A stretch of DNA of 64,000 nucleotides, taken from positions 1,925-65,924 of the forward strand of contig JAUXTO010000017.1 in assembly GCA_030679255.1 (NCBI GenBank), in the 5' to 3' direction. Source of the DNA: Candidatus Gottesmanbacteria bacterium (GTDB lineage: Bacteria > Patescibacteriota > Microgenomatia > UBA10105 > UBA927). Positions 57,020 to 64,000 of this stretch are shown here, in pieces; position 1 is the stretch's first letter, and each line of letters starts with the position of its first letter. The notes below the pieces were generated by a model that worked only from the letters and a program-made list of their open reading frames with translations, ran no database searches and was not told the origin of the DNA. The translations under genes were made by a program, and so were the position numbers.

Positions 57020-57637
57020 ATATTTCGAATATATCAGCGATACTACTTCAAGCATTGCAACTGCGCTAATCATCACGCTCCATACGCTTACCCGCTGGAG
57101 AATAGTGTGAAAAAGAATAAGCCAGACGATGACATAGACAAACCGGTGGAGCCGTTTCCACCAGAGGCCAAGACGTCCGACACTCCAGTCGTTTGAGGTG
57201 ATAAACAGAAAAAATAACAAGGATAACGCGAGAGATCCGAACAATTCAAATAACGGCGCGCGACTGATAGGATACCATCCAAGCGCAATGCGGGCCACGA
57301 TTCGCACGAGCATCCCGTGGGTAAATGACAGGAGAAACGTGGTGATTCCCAATTGCCTCCGGTAAAACGTGAACACCCGAGTCACTTTTATCTGTATCCC
57401 GAAGCGACCCAATATGCCGGGAATAAGAACAACCGCAAGCATGGTGACCGCCGCTCTCCCCGACCAGACCCCCAGATTATACGCAAATGATGCATTGGGC
57501 GTCTGACGGATAATCTCTAAGCTCCCCCACACAAAAACCCAGAAAATGATGATATATGCCAAATAAAATAACCGATAGATAATGCGTTTTTCTTTTGCTG
57601 CTATCTGAAAAAATTTTTCCTGAAGATCTCTAACCAT
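57017..57637 (-). CDS. Ferric-reductase-like transmembrane protein (MsrQ-like)
   Basis: RRQLG.......H, ITSN, WKRLHRFVY......H. Confidence 0.85.
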   Translation of the reverse strand: MVRDLQEKFFQIAAKEKRIIYRLFYLAYIIIFWVFVWGSLEIIRQTPNASFAYNLGVWSGRAAVTMLAVVLIPGILGRFGIQIKVTRVFTFYRRQLGITTFLLSFTHGMLVRIVARIALGWYPISRAPLFELFGSLALSLLFFLFITSNDWSVGRLGLWWKRLHRFVYVIVWLILFHTILQRVSVWSVMISAVAMLEVVSLIYSKY

Positions 57638-57638
57638 A

Positions 57639-58907
57639 TCACCCTTCATGATACACCTTCCGGCGGAGTGGATTATGAAACACAAAAATAAACAACAACC
57701 ATGAGAGAAACACTATGGTAGCTCCGACCACGATTGGCATCTCCGGATTAAATTGGGCGGCAACCATCCCTGAAAGTATGGGTGGTATGGACTGCCCCAA
57801 CGCTTGGAGACTTGAATTAATTCCCATAATCTCTCCCTGTATGGATGCGTCAGCAGAACGGCTGATGAGACTTAACAGATTTGCGTACGTCAACCCGTTG
57901 TTGATAGCCAATACCGGCGCGACGAGTAGGAGTTGCCAGGATACGCGGGGCACAAAAAATAACATAAATGCAATCGCCGTCCCCAGCATGGTAAAACGGA
58001 GAATGTTCGACTCGCTCACCCGTGCACTTAATTTTCGTGTGATCACCGCTTGGGTGAACGCAATCCAAATCCCGAGATATGCAAAAAAATCCCCGATATT
58101 GCCCTGACTAAATCCGAACCGGCGGATAAGATACACGCTAAAAAATGCCGTCATAAATGAAAACCCGCTGGTATAGAGAAATGACACAGTAAAAAGTCCC
58201 CGCATACCCCGGGCGGTGAATGCCTGGAAAATATTATGAAATGATTGTGCCCACCGAATATGCAAGATCTTCTCAATAGACTCCCGTGTTTCTGGAAAAA
58301 AGAAGACAACGGAGAGAACATTCAAACCGCTTAGCATTGCTGCAAACCAAAACGGGGTCGCAGCACTAAACCAGGAAACCAGGGTGTGATCGGATAACTT
58401 GCCGCCCAGATACGGACCGATGATAAATCCCAGCCCAAACATGCTTCCGATGAGACCAAATGTTTTTGCGCGGTTTTGAGGGGTGGTCACGTCAGCGGCA
58501 GCAGCTTGTGCCACAGCAATATTTCCTCCCGTAATCCCATCGACCATCCGGGAGAAAAAAAGGAGGGGGATATTGCGCATAATGATACCTATGGCAAAAA
58601 TGCCATACGAAAGAAATGTCCCAAACAGCGAAAAGGCGAGAATTCTGCGTCTTCCGAAGACATCGGATAATTGACCCAATATGGGAGCTGCCAAAAACAT
58701 CATGAACGGATAGGAAGCCGTAAGAAATCCGAGAAGTACAAATCCCTGCTGCATGCTATAGCCGCCAGGAAGTAAATAATACGGCGACCGGGGATCCGCC
58801 AAAAGGAGTGGTATAACCGGAATAAGGATGCCAATCCCCAACATATCAACAAATATCGTGAAGAGAATAGCAAGAAGCGCGCGATTGGCACGTATTTTTT
58901 GAAACAT
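57639..58907 (-). CDS. MFS transporter, TetA/DHA1-like
   Basis: D.LGIGILIPV.P, GQLSDVFGRR, DGITGG, GLGFIIGP..GG. Confidence 0.92.
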   Translation of the reverse strand: MFQKIRANRALLAILFTIFVDMLGIGILIPVIPLLLADPRSPYYLLPGGYSMQQGFVLLGFLTASYPFMMFLAAPILGQLSDVFGRRRILAFSLFGTFLSYGIFAIGIIMRNIPLLFFSRMVDGITGGNIAVAQAAAADVTTPQNRAKTFGLIGSMFGLGFIIGPYLGGKLSDHTLVSWFSAATPFWFAAMLSGLNVLSVVFFFPETRESIEKILHIRWAQSFHNIFQAFTARGMRGLFTVSFLYTSGFSFMTAFFSVYLIRRFGFSQGNIGDFFAYLGIWIAFTQAVITRKLSARVSESNILRFTMLGTAIAFMLFFVPRVSWQLLLVAPVLAINNGLTYANLLSLISRSADASIQGEIMGINSSLQALGQSIPPILSGMVAAQFNPEMPIVVGATIVFLSWLLFIFVFHNPLRRKVYHEG

Positions 58908-58963
58908 AAAGAATATGGATGTTTATTATATCTCCCTCTTCTCTATTGTGATACAACGAACGT

Positions 58964-59752
58964 TTAATAAGGCTTGGTCAGAAGTCCATTAGATTTGGCA
59001 TACCGGAAGGTCCGGTAAAAAAAGATAACAGAGAGTATAAGATACACAGCATTGAGTGCCATCGATATCATGATATCGCCCGACCGGACCGGGGTACCTG
59101 ATATAATCGCACGCATCTGTTCAAAGAGATACATCGACGGAAAAGCCCGCGCCACCCACTGCGCCCAAACCGGCAGGGCGCTGAGCGGATAAAAGACACA
59201 GGAAAACGGCTGGAGGAGTACGGTCACTGCCCAGATAAAAACTTCCACCGTATGCCCATACCGGAGCACAAACGATTGAATAAAAAAGCTCACACTCCAT
59301 CCAAATATCATAAGTCCGGCCATGATACCGATGACCGGCCACCCTAGGAGGCTGATCTCAAATCCATAAAATATTTTTGACAAGACCAGCAGAAATATAC
59401 TTCCGATCACGAGTTTCACAAATGCAACCGTTAATACACCTGCAAGGTACTCGGTCAAGGTCAGCGGAGTAGAAAATAAATTTGGCAAATTCCGGCTCCA
59501 GAGTTCCTCGACCATAGACCGGGAAATGTCACGGCTTGCGCGGTCAAAAAAAGACCAAAAGATCGTACCGGCAAGAAACAAGAGGACAAAATTGACGGAT
59601 CCTTTGGACAATTGTGTGAGATAGGTGCTCAATAGTCCCCAGACAAATAAATTAAATGCGGGCCACCAAAACACGTCAAAGAGACGGAACATGTCCCGCT
59701 TGGTATCAAACCAAAACTTCACAATGATAGCCCACACACGCATGATGTTCAT
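58964..59752 (-). CDS. ABC-2 type transporter permease
   Basis: Six TM helices, EELWSRNL.NLF.TP, VFYP...LP.W. Confidence 0.88.
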   Translation of the reverse strand: MNIMRVWAIIVKFWFDTKRDMFRLFDVFWWPAFNLFVWGLLSTYLTQLSKGSVNFVLLFLAGTIFWSFFDRASRDISRSMVEELWSRNLPNLFSTPLTLTEYLAGVLTVAFVKLVIGSIFLLVLSKIFYGFEISLLGWPVIGIMAGLMIFGWSVSFFIQSFVLRYGHTVEVFIWAVTVLLQPFSCVFYPLSALPVWAQWVARAFPSMYLFEQMRAIISGTPVRSGDIMISMALNAVYLILSVIFFYRTFRYAKSNGLLTKPY

Positions 59753-60663
59753 ATGTTCCTCCGGGACTCGGCAATGAAATAATCTTCAAGCGTGGGTTTA
59801 TCAATCGTTATCTGACCGTACTGCACTCCTTTGTCTGCAAGCCCCGCAAGCAAATACGCAATGTCATCCTCGTCTACATCAATCGTCACGAACCTGCCAT
59901 TTGCCGTAACGGGAAATCCGGCGCGCTTGGCGTAGGCAATGGTGCGCTTTTGGCCGTCCGTCATCATGAGCTGAACCCGGGCCTTCCTGACTTTCTGCGC
60001 CAGACCCTCCGGCGTATCTTCCGCGACAATTTTTCCGTGGTTAATAAATAACACCCGGTCACATATTTCTTCAACTTCGGCCATGTTATGCGACGTGATG
60101 ATGACGCTTACCCCACGGTTTTTTGCGTCGAGAATATGCTTTCGCACCGTCACGGATATATCCGGATCCAAACTTGCCGTGGGCTCATCAAGGAGCAAAA
60201 TCTCGGGAGAGCTCAAAAATGCTTTACACATTTGTGCACGGGTTTTTTGGCCTGCAGAGAGCTTTTGGTATTCCTGCCCAAGTATCGATTCTATTCCCAT
60301 GGATTGAGCCCAAACGATGATGACCTGCCGGGGATTTTTTACCTGATAGAGCATCGCCATGATGAGCAAATTTTCCATGATGGTCATCCGGGGAACCATA
60401 TCCATATACGCGGAGGCAAAATTTACCCGTTGTAAAATCTTCTCCCGGTCTTGGGCATACCGCATGCCAAACATCGTCAAATCACCTGACGTCGGGGTTA
60501 TCAGATCAAGAAGCATAAAAAGTGTGGTCGTTTTTCCGGCACCGTTTGGGCCTAAAATACCCAATACTTCGCCTTCCTTCAGGGAAAAGGAAATGTGGTC
60601 AACAGCAGTAAATCCGCCGAAGGTCTTCGTTAACCCCCGCGTGGAGAGCACGATTTTGTCCAT
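59749..60663 (-). CDS. ABC transporter ATP-binding protein
   Basis: GPNGAGKTT, LSAGQ, LLLDEPT, SH. Confidence 0.95.
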   Translation of the reverse strand: MDKIVLSTRGLTKTFGGFTAVDHISFSLKEGEVLGILGPNGAGKTTTLFMLLDLITPTSGDLTMFGMRYAQDREKILQRVNFASAYMDMVPRMTIMENLLIMAMLYQVKNPRQVIIVWAQSMGIESILGQEYQKLSAGQKTRAQMCKAFLSSPEILLLDEPTASLDPDISVTVRKHILDAKNRGVSVIITSHNMAEVEEICDRVLFINHGKIVAEDTPEGLAQKVRKARVQLMMTDGQKRTIAYAKRAGFPVTANGRFVTIDVDEDDIAYLLAGLADKGVQYGQITIDKPTLEDYFIAESRRNI

Positions 60664-60760
60664 AATAAAAACTCCTTACAAGTGTACCTTAACGGAAAAT
60701 CTCGAGTCGCAGCAGACGCAGAAGATGTTTCTGAGGTAATAATGATTATAGCATAAACCC

Positions 60761-61660
60761 TTACCAACTGCCACTGGCGCCACCTCCGCCGGAGCTTCCA
60801 CCCCCAAAGCCGCCGAACCCGCTACTCTTGCCACTCGTGCCTCCTCCCCAGAATCCACCTCCAGTCGACCACCAATCTGTGGGCTTTCCGGTCTCTTTAA
60901 GTGTTGTGTATCGTTTTGATAAAAAACTATCTAAAATGAATCCGAGGCCGCCCAATGCCCCTCCCGCAATTATTCCTGTTGTGAACGAAGGAAGAATGAG
61001 CCCGATCACCATGCCCAATCCCCCTCCCACCAGACCTCCCAACCAGATGCTTTTGCTGCGCGCCAGATATGAACAAAAATAGACAAATATCCCATGCAGG
61101 CAAAACAATGCGATAAGCACGATGACGACCATCAGATTGCTATAGGTATCATCCTGTTTGGTCGAAGCTGAACCCCCTCCCGTTACCGATCCCGAAAGTT
61201 GCCCTTCAATTGCACTGATGCCCGCTGAGATTCCGCCGGCATAATGAGTTTTTTTAAACTCCGGAGCGATCGTATTTCGTATGATCTCCCCTGCCTCTCC
61301 GTCGGTGAGAAGTGGCTCCAAGCCGTACCCCACTTCGATACGCATTTTGCGGTCGTCTATGGCAGCTAACAATAACACACCATTATCTTTTCCTTTTTTT
61401 CCTATCTTCCATGCCTCAAAAAGACGTACTGCTTTTTCTTCAATCGTGTCTCCATCAAGCGAACGGATAAGAGCAACGGCAATTTCGTTTCCGGATGATT
61501 CCTGGTAGGATAGAAGTGTATCTTCAATCGATTGTTTTTCGGTAGGGCTCAACACTCCGGTAACATCAGTAACATGACCCGTGGGGGCGGAAATCGTGGT
61601 GGCGGCAACTATGCGTACGGCAAAAATCGCAGAGGCGAACACCACAAAAAGTCGTGACAT
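60761..61660 (-). CDS. TPM-domain (YgcG-like) membrane protein
   Basis: WKIGKKGKDNGVLL, RIEVGYGLE, Gly-rich C-terminus GGGASGSW. Confidence 0.92.
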   Translation of the reverse strand: MSRLFVVFASAIFAVRIVAATTISAPTGHVTDVTGVLSPTEKQSIEDTLLSYQESSGNEIAVALIRSLDGDTIEEKAVRLFEAWKIGKKGKDNGVLLLAAIDDRKMRIEVGYGLEPLLTDGEAGEIIRNTIAPEFKKTHYAGGISAGISAIEGQLSGSVTGGGSASTKQDDTYSNLMVVIVLIALFCLHGIFVYFCSYLARSKSIWLGGLVGGGLGMVIGLILPSFTTGIIAGGALGGLGFILDSFLSKRYTTLKETGKPTDWWSTGGGFWGGGTSGKSSGFGGFGGGSSGGGGASGSW

Positions 61661-61669
61661 AGTGTGGGA

Positions 61670-62224
61670 TTAAAATTGGACTTTCGGAGATTCTTGACTT
61701 CCTTCGGTTGATTCAAAATATGCCCGACGGGAAAATCCGAAGATGCCAGCCAAGATATTGCCGGGGACCACCGAGAGCGACGTGTTGTAGCTTTGAACGA
61801 TTTCATTATATCTCCTGCGCTCGACAGCCACCCTATTTTCCGTACCGGCAAGTTCGTCCATGAGTCGGGCAACCGCTGTATCGCTTTTGAGCTCCGGATA
61901 ATTTTCCATGATGACGAGCAACCGTCCCAATGCGGACTCAAGTTGAGTAGCAGCTCCGGCTTTTTCATTGACTGTTGAGGCCCCGCTATAGCGCGTGCGC
62001 GCCTCGGCAATATCGCCGAAAACTTTCTGTTCCTGCTTCTGGAGACCCTTCACCGACTCGACGAGATTGGGGACGAGATCAAACCTGCGTTGGTACTGGA
62101 CCTCGACCTGTTTCCATTGGCCGTCTATCGCATTGCCCTGCGTCACAAATCCGTTATAACTGCCCACCAGCCATACACCGAGAAGGAGGACAACGCCGAC
62201 AATTGCAAGTGCTATTTTATTCAT
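61670..62224 (-). CDS. lemA: LemA family protein
   Basis: YQRRFDLVPNLVE, ENYPELKS, ELAGTENRVAVERRRYN. Confidence 0.95.
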   Translation of the reverse strand: MNKIALAIVGVVLLLGVWLVGSYNGFVTQGNAIDGQWKQVEVQYQRRFDLVPNLVESVKGLQKQEQKVFGDIAEARTRYSGASTVNEKAGAATQLESALGRLLVIMENYPELKSDTAVARLMDELAGTENRVAVERRRYNEIVQSYNTSLSVVPGNILAGIFGFSRRAYFESTEGSQESPKVQF

Positions 62225-62278
62225 ATCCAGTAGTCTACTATACCACATATTGTTTCGTCTGTACGCTCCAACACAATG

Positions 62279-63373
62279 TTAGACGTCAAAATATGTGAAC
62301 ACTTCTTGCAGGGCCTCAAGCCCTCGGGTAAGATTACCCCGAAGAAACTCGGAATCTTCGACACGTGAACGCTTTTTTCGAAGGTGAAGCTTGGATACGA
62401 GATATCGAAGCTTATATAATTCAAGTTTTTCTTTCCAGTCACCGAGTTTCTTCACTTCTTCGTACCCACGGACGAACCAACGCATCCGACGTTCACCATA
62501 AAAAAGATTATATGCAGCAAGTTCCATGATCGGATCGCCTCCCACACATTCGTCCCAATCCATCATCCCGGTGATTTGCTTCCCATCGGTCAATTGGTTC
62601 CAATCAGCAATGTCATTATGTATAAGAACCGGTGTTGCTCCAGTAAAAAGTGACGCATGACGATGAAATAATAATTCGATCGTTTTGCTTTGTGCAAACA
62701 AAATCGTTTGTGTATCGACAAGGAAAGCAAGATCTTCGGCAAGTGCCGCATGAATATGCTCCTCAAGTGCATCGTACTGCCCTACCAATTTTCCTTCCTT
62801 TTTTGCGATATCGTTACGGAAAAATCCAAAACCCTCCGGCTTGACCGAATGAATGAGAGCTGCGTACCGGCCGGTTTGTATCACTAACGTTTCTTCAAGA
62901 TTCATGGGCATCGGCAGCAATTCTTGTATGGATTTTCCCTTCTCCCTCGTCATTATCATATAGTCAAAAGGAACGTCCCCGCGCGTATCATCAACGACTA
63001 TGGTGGCATACGTCGGGACGCCTGAAGCTTTAGCGAGTTTGGTGGCAAGTGCTTCTACCCAAAAGTAACCATTTTTGACTTCAGGCGGATGCATACGAAT
63101 GACGATAGTACGACCGCTCTTGAGCCTAATCGGTACGGCGGTATTGACGGATCCCAAAGCGAGGATGGGGTCGCTCGCGGCAACGATTGTATCGTCTCCG
63201 GAAAATCCTGCCTTCTTCATGCCCGCTGAAACCGCCAGCAGGAGCAACGCGTCATTCAGTCGCGCGTGTCGTGTGAGAAAAATATCCTTTTGCTGCTCGG
63301 CCGTAATCCTCCGGTTCGTCTGCCAATAGAACATGTTCGTGCGATCAGTTAGATCAAGAATAGGTACAGTCAT
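62279..63373 (-). CDS. Aminoglycoside-phosphotransferase/kinase-like protein
   Basis: LIHNDIADWN (Brenner-type motif), DWDE..GGDP..EL. Confidence 0.8.
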   Translation of the reverse strand: MTVPILDLTDRTNMFYWQTNRRITAEQQKDIFLTRHARLNDALLLLAVSAGMKKAGFSGDDTIVAASDPILALGSVNTAVPIRLKSGRTIVIRMHPPEVKNGYFWVEALATKLAKASGVPTYATIVVDDTRGDVPFDYMIMTREKGKSIQELLPMPMNLEETLVIQTGRYAALIHSVKPEGFGFFRNDIAKKEGKLVGQYDALEEHIHAALAEDLAFLVDTQTILFAQSKTIELLFHRHASLFTGATPVLIHNDIADWNQLTDGKQITGMMDWDECVGGDPIMELAAYNLFYGERRMRWFVRGYEEVKKLGDWKEKLELYKLRYLVSKLHLRKKRSRVEDSEFLRGNLTRGLEALQEVFTYFDV

Positions 63374-63377
63374 GGGG

Positions 63378-64000
63378 TTATGTTGGGAATAGACGTCTCC
63401 AAGCGTGCCAAATATTCATACGAAGCCGCATCACCGGAGAGATGCGACCTCCTTCAAGAGGAATGCGAATCTCGAGATAAAGCTTCTGGAGATGACGCAA
63501 AAGACACAAAAAAAGTTCATCTTTTCCTTCTGTTTTACTCCGGCAAATGTGATGATGCGCCCCGATGGCAACCGTCTGAATCGGCACCGTAAGTGTAATG
63601 CCTGCCATATCGTTTCGATCCAGAGTGCCGTCTTCGTTATGCGCCGCTTCCACCTGCATGGCCGCATACCGGGCTTCTAGTTTATCCTCACTATATTGCC
63701 GATAACGCATAGCAATTAGCTTGTCCCAAAGATCCAAATACTGTTTTTCGATCCCGTATCCGGCAAGGGTCTCCCTATGCAGCTTCGGAATTTCATCGCG
63801 GACTAATGAAAAAAATTTTCCCATCTCCTCGACGGTTCGAAGGTCTTTTGCATCAAGCGTGAGCATAATAAGCGTAATGGTCGCCACCACGAGCTCATTG
63901 AATACCCGATCTTGTTCGATTTTCTCCAAATTTTCAAACCCCACAAGCTTTCGAAATGTTTTATCTTCATATATCCGAAATGCAAAATTGCTTGCAGCCT
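63378..64000 (-). CDS. Hypothetical helical protein (5' end outside the window)
   Basis: The frame of ORF 63378-63944 stays open to the window end (AASNFAFRIYEDKTFRKLVG...). Confidence 0.7.
   Translation of the reverse strand, partial: AASNFAFRIYEDKTFRKLVGFENLEKIEQDRVFNELVVATITLIMLTLDAKDLRTVEEMGKFFSLVRDEIPKLHRETLAGYGIEKQYLDLWDKLIAMRYRQYSEDKLEARYAAMQVEAAHNEDGTLDRNDMAGITLTVPIQTVAIGAHHHICRSKTEGKDELFLCLLRHLQKLYLEIRIPLEGGRISPVMRLRMNIWHAWRRLFPT

Noticed and set aside
57639-63373. Antibiotic-resistance island (TetA-like MFS, APH-like kinase, ABC-2)
   Set aside because: Only family-level similarity, no mobile context, and interspersed with lemA/TPM housekeeping genes.

Overview
Bacterial chromosome segment read in the standard genetic code. 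Gene content and style (compact genes, many apparently leaderless starts, short ValS, PEGA/VanW/LemA/TPM proteins, Cys-rich secreted repeat protein) suggest a Patescibacteria/CPR, Microgenomates-like host; this is inference. The backbone is housekeeping and envelope genes: a UvrD/PcrA helicase, rmuC, metG, tatD, a glycosyltransferase/WecA/UbiA cluster, groES-groEL with a CIRCE variant, tsaD, valS, sod, two class A PBPs, ABC/MFS transporters and lemA. Three things stand out. (1) A T-box riboswitch with a very short Stem I and an apparent Arg (CGA) specifier precedes an atypical arginine operon: argG, a small orphan, a DUF1611-like P-loop protein, an N-acyl-ornithine transcarbamylase, argH, an M20 deacylase and a YgeW-type knotted transcarbamylase, with no argA/B/C/D/J or carAB. 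(2) Between tsaD and valS lies a tandem accretion island made of repeated tsaD 3'-end fragments, three diverged DUF6922/AbiEii toxin-antitoxin pairs, three orphan genes behind related (CT)n-spacer promoters, a 72-bp MITE-like hairpin and two GHKL-ATPase remnants. (3) Short-period (7-9 nt) tandem repeats and GC-rich hairpins are inserted in frame in several core genes, with the hairpins repeatedly landing inside the tandem repeats. No rRNA, tRNA, CRISPR array, integrase or transposase was recognised.
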